Shown in pieces: positions 1 to 7,700 of a stretch of 64,000 nt of DNA. A model generated the notes under the pieces. It made no database searches and was not told the origin of the DNA. It saw only the letters and a program-made list of their open reading frames with translations. Position numbers and translations under genes: made by a program. The stretch covers positions 4,281 to 68,280 of the forward strand of contig JBAZYD010000001.1 of NCBI GenBank assembly GCA_041659465.1, given 5' to 3'. The first letter of the stretch is position 1, and each line of letters starts with the position of its first letter. Source of the stretch: Candidatus Micrarchaeia archaeon. Its GTDB lineage: Archaea > Micrarchaeota > Micrarchaeia > Anstonellales > Anstonellaceae.

Positions 1-1
1 A

Positions 2-616
2 GGGGGACTGTGCTCCACCTGCGTGCAGGGCGGCAACAGCTGCAGCCAGGGGGAAACCTGCTGCTCCAATCTGTACTGCGACGGCGACTCGTGCACGGCG
101 TGCCTCCCGGCCACGTACAGGTGCGCAAGCAGCGACGAATGCTGCAGCGGGCTGTACTGCGACCCCGACCTGCAGGCGTGCGCATGCAGGGATGCGGGAG
201 GCAGCTGCAGCAATGGCGAGGCATGCTGCAGCGGGCTGACGTGCAACGGCGCCACCTGCGAGCTGCCATGCACACCGCAGGACAATGAATGCAAGGAAAC
301 GGGCGAATGCTGCAGCGGGCTGTACTGCGACAATGAGCAGAAGATATGCACCTGCAGGGTGGAGGCGGGCGACTGCAGCAGAGGCGAAATTTGCTGCGAC
401 GGGCTGGCGTGCAACTCGAAATTGGCATGCGCCGTCTGCAGCCAGGCGGCTGAAAAATGCGACGGGAACGTCCCGTGCTGCACCGGGCTGTTCTGCGTGG
501 ACAGCGCATGCGCCTCCTGCGTGCCCGAGAAGGGGGATTGCAGCCTGGGCCAAACCTGCTGCGACGGGCTCACTTGCAACGGCGCAGCTTGCGAGATTGG
601 CATTGGCGCGGGGTAG
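2..616 (+). CDS. Cys-rich protein with 7 tandem cystine-knot-like (C-C-CC-C-C) units, 5' truncated by the window edge
   Basis: Frame is open from base 2 (GGLCSTCVQGG...) to TAG at 614-616; seven units of C-x6-C-x5-CC-x4-C-x4/6-C. Confidence 0.85.
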   Translation, partial: GGLCSTCVQGGNSCSQGETCCSNLYCDGDSCTACLPATYRCASSDECCSGLYCDPDLQACACRDAGGSCSNGEACCSGLTCNGATCELPCTPQDNECKETGECCSGLYCDNEQKICTCRVEAGDCSRGEICCDGLACNSKLACAVCSQAAEKCDGNVPCCTGLFCVDSACASCVPEKGDCSLGQTCCDGLTCNGAACEIGIGAG

Positions 617-651
617 CTCTTATTTTAAACAAAACGGATGATAATGGAAGC

Positions 652-1500
652 ATGAAACTGGGCAGCGTGAAGGAACTAACGCTCATGGCAAACTCCATGC
701 GGCAAGACGTGGTGCGCATGCTATTGCCCGCGGAGTCAGGGCACACCGCAGGCCCGCTTGGAATGGCGGATATTTTTTCGATACTTTTTTTCCACGAGAT
801 GGAATACAATGCATCGCAGCCGGAGTGGGAGGGGCGCGACAGGTTCGTGCTTTCAAACGGGCATATCTGCCCCATACTTTATGCCGCAATGGCGCGCGCG
901 GGCTTTTTCCCCCTAGACGAGCTGTCCACGCTTCGGAAGCTTGGGAGCAGGCTGCAGGGGCACCCGAGCCGCGCGAAGCTGCCGGGAATTGAGAATTCTT
1001 CGGGGCCGCTGGGGGAGGGCCTCGCAATCGCGTGCGGCATGGCGCTTTCAGGCAAGATGGACAAGGCGGAGTGGCGCGTGTACTGCGCGATGTCGGACGG
1101 CGAGCACCAGGAAGGGAGCACATGGGAGGCGGTGATGCTTGCAGCAAAGTACAGGCTTGACAATTTGGTGGCGATTTGCGACAGGAACTACATACAGATA
1201 GACGGCAATACCGAGGACATCATGCCGCTTGGCGACATGGCGGAAAAATACCGCGCGTTCGGCTGGCATGCGATTGATGTGGACGGGCATGACTATGCCG
1301 CGCTGATGGCTGCGCTTGACGAGGCCAGGGCCACAAAGGGAAAGCCCACCATGATAATTGCAAAGACAGTGCCGGGCAAGGGAGTGTCGTTTGCGGAAAA
1401 CAACTACAAATGGCACGGCATGGCGCCCAAGCAGGAGGAAGCGGCAAAGGCGCTTGCGGAACTGGAAGCGGAAAGGGGAAAAATAGGGCAATCAGGATGA
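652..1500 (+). CDS. Transketolase, N-terminal (TPP-binding) subunit
   Basis: SGHTAGPLG, RDRFVLSNGH, LQGHP, SDGEHQEG...N TPP motif, KTVPGKG, WHG; start taken at ATG 652 (MKLGSV). Confidence 0.95.
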   Translation: MKLGSVKELTLMANSMRQDVVRMLLPAESGHTAGPLGMADIFSILFFHEMEYNASQPEWEGRDRFVLSNGHICPILYAAMARAGFFPLDELSTLRKLGSRLQGHPSRAKLPGIENSSGPLGEGLAIACGMALSGKMDKAEWRVYCAMSDGEHQEGSTWEAVMLAAKYRLDNLVAICDRNYIQIDGNTEDIMPLGDMAEKYRAFGWHAIDVDGHDYAALMAALDEARATKGKPTMIIAKTVPGKGVSFAENNYKWHGMAPKQEEAAKALAELEAERGKIGQSG

Positions 1501-1548
1501 TTGCAAGAGGCTTCGGGCGGATGCCCGGAGGGGATAGAGGCGGAATGG

Positions 1549-2541
1549 ATGGAATTTGCGCTCAACAATGAAATGCATCTCCTTGACATCAGGTCGCAGA
1601 GCCTGAAAAAGGCAGCCACAAGGAACGGCTTTGGCGAGGCGCTTTGCGAGGTCGGCGCTAAGGATGCGGCAGTGGTCGCGCTTTGCGCGGATGTCTCGGG
1701 CTCTGTGCAGATTTCCGGGTTTGCAAAGAAGTTCCCTGACAGGTTTTTCCAGGTGGGCGTTGCAGAGCAGAACATGGCTTCTGTTGCCGCGGGGCTGGCA
1801 TACTCGGGAAAGAAGCCCTACATCGGCGCTTTCGCCGTGTTTTCCCCGGGCAGGAACTGGGAGCAGATCAGGACCACGATTTGCTATGCGAACGCCAATG
1901 TGAAGATAGAGGGCTCGCATGTCGGGCTTGATGTGGGCGAGGACGGGGCGACCCACCAGGCGCTCGAGGACGTGTCGCTCATGCGGACGCTCCCCAACAT
2001 GGCCGTGGTTTCGCCCTGCGATTTCGAGGAGACGAAAAAGGCGGTCCATGCCGCGTGGAAAACCCCGGGGCCATTCTACATAAGGTGCACCAGGAACGCC
2101 ACGCCGACATTCACCACCCAGGAAACGCCGTTCGCCCTGGGGAAGATGAACCTGCTCTGCGAAGGGGGGGACGTTGCCATTGTTGCGGCTGGAAGGCTGG
2201 CCTACGACGCGCTTCTTGCCGCATATGCGCTTTCGCAGGAGGGCGTGAGCGTTGCTGTTGCAAACATGCACACCATTTCCTCGCCAGATTATGCCGCGCT
2301 TGAAAAGCTGGCGCGCAAGTGCGGCACCATAATCACAGTGGAGGACCACCAGGTGAAAGGGGGGCTGGGAAGTGCGGTGTGCGAGGCGCTTGCTGACACC
2401 TATCCGGCGCGCGTGAGAAGGATGGGGATGCAGATGAAGTTCGGCGAGTCGGGAAAGGGCGGCGAAGTGATGGGGAAGCACGGGCTTTCCAAGGAAGGCA
2501 TTATTAAAACGGCAAGGGAAGAAGTTGCCAGGAAGAAGTAG
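1549..2541 (+). CDS. Transketolase, C-terminal (pyrimidine-binding) subunit
   Basis: GVAEQNM, GEDGATHQALED, ITVEDHQVKGGLG, FGESG; follows the N-terminal subunit gene; start uncertain. Confidence 0.95.
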   Translation: MEFALNNEMHLLDIRSQSLKKAATRNGFGEALCEVGAKDAAVVALCADVSGSVQISGFAKKFPDRFFQVGVAEQNMASVAAGLAYSGKKPYIGAFAVFSPGRNWEQIRTTICYANANVKIEGSHVGLDVGEDGATHQALEDVSLMRTLPNMAVVSPCDFEETKKAVHAAWKTPGPFYIRCTRNATPTFTTQETPFALGKMNLLCEGGDVAIVAAGRLAYDALLAAYALSQEGVSVAVANMHTISSPDYAALEKLARKCGTIITVEDHQVKGGLGSAVCEALADTYPARVRRMGMQMKFGESGKGGEVMGKHGLSKEGIIKTAREEVARKK

Positions 2542-2576
2542 CCGATGGGCGAAACGATGCATTTCGGGGTGGAAAC

Positions 2577-3224
2577 ATGAAGATTTTCCTTGACACGGCG
2601 GACGCTGCCAAGATAAAGAAATATGCCGGGATGGGCATGGTGGACGGGGTCACCACCAACCCCACGCTCATACTCAAGTCAGGAAGGCGCCAGGAGGACG
2701 TCACCAAGGAGATATGCGGGATGGTGGACGGGCCAGTCTCGGCCGAGGGGAACTGCGAGCGCGCCGAGGACATGGTGAAGGAGGGCGAGATTTTCGCCTC
2801 GTGGGCGAAGAATGTGGTGGTGAAGGTGCCCATGACTCTCGAAGGGCTCAAGGCCGTCCGCGCGCTTTCGAAAAAGGGGATAAGGACGAACGTGACGCTC
2901 GTGTTCACCCCTGCGCAGGCGCTTCTTGCCGCCAAGGCAGGCGCAACCTTCGTTTCCCCGTTCGTGGGGAGGCTGGACGACGCAGGCGAGGACGGCATGG
3001 CGCTTGTCGAGGACATAATGGGCATCTACAAAAACTACTCCTGCAAGACGCAGGTGATTGTGGCATCAGTGCGCTCGGTTGCGCACATCGTGCGCGCCGC
3101 AAAGGCAGGGGCGGACATCGCCACCGTGCCGCTGAATGTGATGGACGAGATGTTCGCGCACAAGCTGACGGATGCCGGCATAAAAAAATTCCACGACGAC
3201 TGGGAAGCCGCGAAGAAAAAGTAG
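2577..3224 (+). CDS. tal: Transaldolase / fructose-6-phosphate aldolase family (short TalC/Fsa type)
   Basis: IFLDTAD, GVTTNPTLI, VVKVP (Schiff-base Lys), NVTLVF, SPFVGRLDD; adjacent to transketolase. Confidence 0.93.
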   Translation: MKIFLDTADAAKIKKYAGMGMVDGVTTNPTLILKSGRRQEDVTKEICGMVDGPVSAEGNCERAEDMVKEGEIFASWAKNVVVKVPMTLEGLKAVRALSKKGIRTNVTLVFTPAQALLAAKAGATFVSPFVGRLDDAGEDGMALVEDIMGIYKNYSCKTQVIVASVRSVAHIVRAAKAGADIATVPLNVMDEMFAHKLTDAGIKKFHDDWEAAKKK

Positions 3225-3321
3225 GCGGCAAGCAGGGGGCGGCTGCGGATGGGGCGGCGCAGTGAAGGAATGCCTGCCGGCAGTGGCAATCGTTTTTAAA
3301 GCAGCCTGAGAAAGGGCTTCC

Positions 3322-4692
3322 ATGAAACCGGACAATGGCGCGAAAGCGCGCGCTGTTTTTGCAAAGGCGCTTCCAAGGATAACCCCCAGCAGGCGCGAGG
3401 CCGCGGAATGCTTTGCGACCGCGGCAGCGATGGCAAAAAAGCTCGAGCGCGTGCTGCCCCCGGCAGTCGAGGTGCGCCTTGCAGGCTCGCTTGCCAAGGG
3501 CACTGCCCTCGCGGGCAACAACGAGTTCGACATCTTCATGCTTTTCCCGCGCCATTACTCCCACCATGAGATGACCATGATGGGCATGCAGTATGCCAGG
3601 CGCGCGTTCGCAGGCATGCGCGTAGAGGCGCGCTATGCGGAGCACCCATACCTGCAGGTGTTTTACCGGGACTACCATGCGGACATCGTGCCGGCATACA
3701 GGATAGAGCGCATCTCGGAGCGCGGCTCGTCGGTCGACCGCTCGCAGCTGCACACGGCGTACATCAATGCCAAGTTGGACGCGGCTGCGAAGGGGGACGT
3801 CAGGCTGCTCAAGCGCTTCATGAAGAACTTCGGCATTTACGGCGCGGAGCTGCGCGTCGAGGGGTTCTCGGGCTACCTTTGCGAGCTCCTCATCGTGCAC
3901 CACGGCTCGCTTTTTTCGCTCATGTCCGCAGTTTCGCAGTGGCATGCTCCGGTCGTGGACACCGAGAAGCACCTGAGCGAGGACGCTGCAAGGCGGAAGT
4001 TCCCGCAGGCGCCCCTCATCGTGGTGGACCCCACCGACCCGAACAGGAATGTCGCCGCGGTGGTGGCGCACACGTCGCTCTCGCGGTTCATATTCGAGTG
4101 CCGCCGCTTCCTCGCCGCGCCATCCGAGAAATTCTTCTTCGCCAAGAAAACAGTGAGGAGCCCGCGGGAAATCGCCAGGGCGATGAAGGAGCGGGGGACA
4201 ATGTGCCTTGCCGTGCGCTTTCCCGCGCCCAAAGTGGTGCCGGACGTGCTTTGGCCGCAGCTTAGGAAGACCGCGCAGGCGCTTTCCAGGAGGCTGTCCG
4301 AGCAGGGCTTTTCGGTGTTCGGCTCCTACCATTGGAGCGACGGGGCGGAGTGCGCCGTGCTTTTCGAGATTGACAGGTGGGAGCTCCCCGCGGTGGCAAA
4401 GGCGATTGGCCCGTCCGTGCGGTTTGCGCGCGACTGCGAGTCTTTCGTGAAGAAGCACAAGTCGGCGCTCAACATGCACATAGAGCACGACAGGATGGTG
4501 GCGGTGGAGATCCGCAAGGTGAGGCAGGCGCGCGCCGCGCTTTTGCATGCATGCCGCCACCCGCACGGCGCAGGCATACCCGGGAACATGGAGCATGCGA
4601 TGGCGCGCTGCGAGGTTGCCGGGGCGGAAAGGCTGCTTTCGAAAAAGTACGCCGAGTTCCTGTCCGACTATTTCTTCGCGAAAATCGCCTGA
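3322..4692 (+). CDS. cca: Archaeal class I CCA-adding enzyme
   Basis: GSLAKGT...EFDIF nucleotidyltransferase motif, YAEHPY, DIVP, VDRSQLH, IYGAE...GFSGYLCELLI, VVDPTDPNRNVA. Confidence 0.96.
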   Translation: MKPDNGAKARAVFAKALPRITPSRREAAECFATAAAMAKKLERVLPPAVEVRLAGSLAKGTALAGNNEFDIFMLFPRHYSHHEMTMMGMQYARRAFAGMRVEARYAEHPYLQVFYRDYHADIVPAYRIERISERGSSVDRSQLHTAYINAKLDAAAKGDVRLLKRFMKNFGIYGAELRVEGFSGYLCELLIVHHGSLFSLMSAVSQWHAPVVDTEKHLSEDAARRKFPQAPLIVVDPTDPNRNVAAVVAHTSLSRFIFECRRFLAAPSEKFFFAKKTVRSPREIARAMKERGTMCLAVRFPAPKVVPDVLWPQLRKTAQALSRRLSEQGFSVFGSYHWSDGAECAVLFEIDRWELPAVAKAIGPSVRFARDCESFVKKHKSALNMHIEHDRMVAVEIRKVRQARAALLHACRHPHGAGIPGNMEHAMARCEVAGAERLLSKKYAEFLSDYFFAKIA

Positions 4693-4747
4693 CGCACCCA
4701 TTAGCTTTTTATTATTTGGATGGAAATCCGTTGCAGAGGCGATTGTG

Positions 4748-5587
4748 ATGAGATTTTTTGCGTTCGTTCTGGCATTTGCGGCATTTGCGCTTGGCATGGC
4801 ATATGCGTACGGGAGCCCCTGCGCGGACGGGACGCCATACGGGCAGTGCTCCAGCGCCAACCCTGGCAGCTGGTGCACAGGGATTGCGCAATCCCCGAGC
4901 CTGGGGCTGCTGCTTTCCAAGTGCCCCTGCTCCAAATACAACGGCTATGTCCAGGAAGGGACCGGCGATGACGCGACCTGCGTGCAGGCAAAGTGCGCTG
5001 ACGGGACGATGAACGGGCAATGCTCGGCAGTGACCAAGCCAAAGGTGTGCGTGGGCGGAACGACCTATTCCGACAACGCCACGAAGTGCGGCTGCCCGGC
5101 AGGCAAGAGGGCGGCTGCAGGCGGGATATTCTGCGAGTTCATACCATGCACGGACGGGGACGTGAGCGTGCCTGAAGGGACGTGCTCCGCAAAGAAGCAG
5201 AAGAAGTGCGTGGGAGGGGTGCTGGTGGACAAGGCATCCGAATGCGGCTGCGCGACAGGCCAGACGCTGCAGGGCGAAACCTGCGGCGTGGTGTGCCTGG
5301 ACGGCACAAAGGACGGCGCGTGCTCCGCCACCAAGCCGAAGGAGTGCACGAACGGATACCTGCTTGACAACGCGGTGAAATGCGGCTGCCCCGAAGGGCT
5401 TAGCGCAGTGGGCAAGCAGTGCACCAACTCGATATTGGGGAGCACGAACGGCGCCGACCTGCTGGGCGGCGCCGGCAATGGCACGGGCGTGGGCGCAGGG
5501 GGTTCAAGCGCGCTTTCATGCTGCTGCCTGCCGACCGCGCTCATAGGCATCATAGGCGGGTTTGCGTTCTTCAGGAAGAATGGGTAG
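4748..5587 (+). CDS. Secreted/membrane-anchored Cys-repeat surface protein (4 x CxDG..G.CS...C..G.....CGC repeats)
   Basis: Signal peptide MRFFAFVLAFAAFALGMAYA; four Cys repeats; Gly-rich linker; C-terminal CCCLP + hydrophobic stretch + RK. Confidence 0.85.
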   Translation: MRFFAFVLAFAAFALGMAYAYGSPCADGTPYGQCSSANPGSWCTGIAQSPSLGLLLSKCPCSKYNGYVQEGTGDDATCVQAKCADGTMNGQCSAVTKPKVCVGGTTYSDNATKCGCPAGKRAAAGGIFCEFIPCTDGDVSVPEGTCSAKKQKKCVGGVLVDKASECGCATGQTLQGETCGVVCLDGTKDGACSATKPKECTNGYLLDNAVKCGCPEGLSAVGKQCTNSILGSTNGADLLGGAGNGTGVGAGGSSALSCCCLPTALIGIIGGFAFFRKNG

Positions 5588-5760
5588 GCTGCCTCTTTCT
5601 GTTTTTCTTTTCCTGTTTTTTACCCGTTTTGTTTTTCCCTTTTTGCTTCTCTCTTTCCCTGCATTGCCTTTTCCTTTCTTGCCTTTCTTTCCCTGCTTTC
5701 CATTCCGTTTTGTTTTTATCTTTCTTGCTTTTCCTGCTTTTTATTCTGCATCCTCGGCTT
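5588..5760. repeat. Low-complexity pyrimidine tract between convergent genes (degenerate TTTCCTG/TTTTCTT units), likely terminator region
   Basis: About 170 nt almost entirely C/T on the + strand between two stop codons. Confidence 0.55.
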
Positions 5761-6958
5761 TGCTTTTTTCCCCGTCGGCAGGCGCATCGCCCTCGCTGAT
5801 TTTCCTTTTCAGGGAGTAGGGCTTGCCGTTGGAGTCGGTCCCCACGAGGTCCAGCTCAAGCCTTGAGATGGCCGCCTTGTCCGCCGGCGAAAAGGCAAGG
5901 CGGATGCCCTGCTCCCCGCCCTTTATCTTGGTGCGCGAGGACAGGGATGCTTTTTTTCCTGCGCCTTCCTGCGAAAAGTACGTGACGGACGATGCCGTCT
6001 CCAGGATGCCTCCGCTCTCGCCCGTGTTCTTGAAGGAAAGCAGCAGCGCCCCTGACTCGAATGCTGCGCTGCCCCGCCTGTATTGCAGGCCCATGGTGGA
6101 CTTGACCTGGGAGGACAGGGAAACCGGGTTGCTCTGCGCCGCCTGCCTGTCCATATAGATTGCGTTTTCCTTCAGGATGGCGGTGAACGACAGCATCCCG
6201 CGCGCAGCGTCCTCCGGCAGGTCGAACGCCACCTTGATTTTTGATTCCCCCTCAGGCTCGATTGTGCAGGTGCGCGGCTCGGCTTTCGCGGCAATTGTGC
6301 TTTTCTGGGAGTCCAGTATGGTGGATTCGAGCCCGACCGCCATGGGCGATGTGGACGCGTTCTTCCCGACCAGCAAGACCTGGACCTGCTTCTGCCCGAC
6401 TGACAGGGAAACCGGCAGGCCTGCGGCCACTGCAAGCGAAAGGCTTGACTGCTCGACGGGCTTTGGAAGGGGCTTTGGCTTTTTCTTCATGTCGGTTTTC
6501 CCGCGCTGCAGCAGGCGCACGGAATAGGCGGCCTGCTCGTCCTTTTTCTTCTGCGCCGGGGCGGGAAACTGCTTTTTCTTCCTGCCCACAGGTGTGAATA
6601 TCTGCAATTCCTCGCCCATCACCCTGTTCTTGGGCTTGTCATTACCCCACCTTCTTTTTTTTCTGAGCTGCTCGGACTCCACGCGCATCTTGGCGACCTG
6701 CAGCAGGTCCTGCCTGCGCTCCTCGCCCGTGCGCTCTTCGCGCCCGCGCTGCAGCCTTGCGGCATCGCGCGCAAGATAGCCCTGGTAGAGCAGGTGCTTC
6801 CTCTCGTCGGCCTGCCTTTGGCGCCGCTTTTCCTCCTCCATGCGCTTTTTCATCTCCTCCTGCCTGAGCTGGTTGTAGCATGTCATGCAGTAGTCGTGCC
6901 CGCCGAGGTCCGCGCCCGACTCGTATGTTGTCCTGCACTTGTCGCACCGCCTTGTCAT
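5741..6958 (-). CDS. Hypothetical protein: N-terminal CxxC...CxxC zinc finger, charged coiled coil, C-terminal Ig-like beta domains
   Basis: CDKC...CMTC; E/K/R-rich helix; beta-rich V.GKN/F.NTG segments; no signal peptide. Confidence 0.75.
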   Translation of the reverse strand: MTRRCDKCRTTYESGADLGGHDYCMTCYNQLRQEEMKKRMEEEKRRQRQADERKHLLYQGYLARDAARLQRGREERTGEERRQDLLQVAKMRVESEQLRKKRRWGNDKPKNRVMGEELQIFTPVGRKKKQFPAPAQKKKDEQAAYSVRLLQRGKTDMKKKPKPLPKPVEQSSLSLAVAAGLPVSLSVGQKQVQVLLVGKNASTSPMAVGLESTILDSQKSTIAAKAEPRTCTIEPEGESKIKVAFDLPEDAARGMLSFTAILKENAIYMDRQAAQSNPVSLSSQVKSTMGLQYRRGSAAFESGALLLSFKNTGESGGILETASSVTYFSQEGAGKKASLSSRTKIKGGEQGIRLAFSPADKAAISRLELDLVGTDSNGKPYSLKRKISEGDAPADGEKSKAEDAE

Positions 6959-7032
6959 GGCAGGGGCATGCGCGCCCAAGGATTAAAAAACGCGCATGTC
7001 CCAAAAGGGCGCACAGGGGCGTTGGCTCTGCT

Positions 7033-7042
7033 TTTTATATAT
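7033..7042 (+). promoter_or_regulatory. TATA box of tRNA-Tyr (possibly bidirectional)
   Basis: TTTTATATAT about 26-35 nt upstream of the tRNA 5' end at 7068. Confidence 0.55.
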
Positions 7043-7067
7043 TTTGCCTTCTATCAACCGTCAGAGT

Positions 7068-7257
7068 CCCGCCATAACTCAACCTGGTAGAGTGCTTGGC
7101 TGTAGTAAAACAACGGCCGTCGGCGATTGTGCTGGCAGTCATCAAGATGTTGTGTGTTCAAGAACCCTTTTTGCTCCTCCCGCAAGCGCTCGTCGCAAAA
7201 AGCGCTCCCGGAAAAGCAAATGTGCGAAAAGGCGTTGAACAAATCACACTGGCGGGA
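7068..7257 (+). tRNA. trnY: tRNA-Tyr(GTA) with two introns: 37/38 (7106-7140) and T-loop 58/59 (7162-7242)
   Basis: Acceptor CCCGCCA/TGGCGGG+A; D stem ACTC/GAGT; anticodon stem CTTGG/TCAAG with GTA; T stem GTGTG/CACAC; removing 7162-7242 restores the loop TTCAAAT; both introns have BHB-like 4-bp central helices (CTGT/GCAG and GTTC/GAAC). Confidence 0.9.
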
Positions 7258-7380
7258 TTTTATATTCTTCCTTTAAACAGAAAGGGAAGCGCGCGCCAAA
7301 TCCTCGTGGATTTGTCGATCCAGGCGAACGGCGATCCGTTCGCCTGCTCCACCCATTTTGCCCGCAGGCAAAATGGCTGT

Positions 7381-7452
7381 GCCTCGATGGTGTAGTGGTT
7401 AGCATCCCAGATTGTCGATCTGGTGACCCGGGTTCGAATCCCGGTCGGGGCG
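7381..7452 (+). tRNA. trnD: tRNA-Asp(GTC), intronless, CCA not encoded
   Basis: GCCTCGA/TCGGGGC acceptor, CCAGA-TTGTCGA-TCTGG anticodon arm, CCGGG-TTCGAAT-CCCGG T arm. Confidence 0.97.
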
Positions 7453-7495
7453 TTCCAGGCTTTTTTTCATTATTTTACGGCGTAGAGATTGCAGT

Positions 7496-7519
7496 GGGTT
7501 CGAATCCCCGTTTGGGCGT
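7496..7519 (+). repeat. Degenerate copy of the tRNA-Asp 3' end
   Basis: GGGTTCGAATCCCCGTTTGGGCGT vs 7430-7453 GGGTTCGAATCCCGGTCGGGGCGT (21/24 identical). Confidence 0.8.
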
Positions 7520-7529
7520 GGATTTACAA

Positions 7530-7592
7530 GACCATGTGCATTTTGCGCAGCAAAATGCATCAGACATCGAACTGAGGTTCGATGCTGAACGC
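7530..7592. repeat. Two-hairpin structured direct repeat, copy 1
   Basis: GACCATG-TGCATTTTGC(GCA)GCAAAATGCA-TCAGA-CATCGAAC(TGAG)GTTCGATG-CTGAACGC; second copy at 9261-9325. Confidence 0.85.
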
Positions 7593-7700
7593 CCAGCCAG
7601 ACTATTTTAATTTTACATCTGCAACAGTGCAACAGGATTATTTAATACATATACATACATTTTTAAACACTTGCATGCATATCGAAATAGAGGAGAGACA

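Noticed and set aside
652..2541. Split transketolase as part of a LysW/AmCP secondary-metabolite pathway (vazabitide-like)
   Set aside because: It lies about 40 kb from the lysW genes and next to transaldolase, so the pentose phosphate pathway is the simpler reading
2905..4941. 678-aa minus-strand ORF (likewise 23526-25238, 1492-2562, 53705-54616 and other long alternate-frame ORFs)
   Set aside because: Antisense or off-frame shadows of well-supported genes in GC-rich DNA; no recognisable motifs
7530..7595. Type III hammerhead ribozyme on the minus strand of the structured repeat (hairpin-CTGATG-hairpin)
   Set aside because: Core reads CUGAUGC...GCAC instead of CUGAnGA...GAAA and no UH cleavage site precedes stem I
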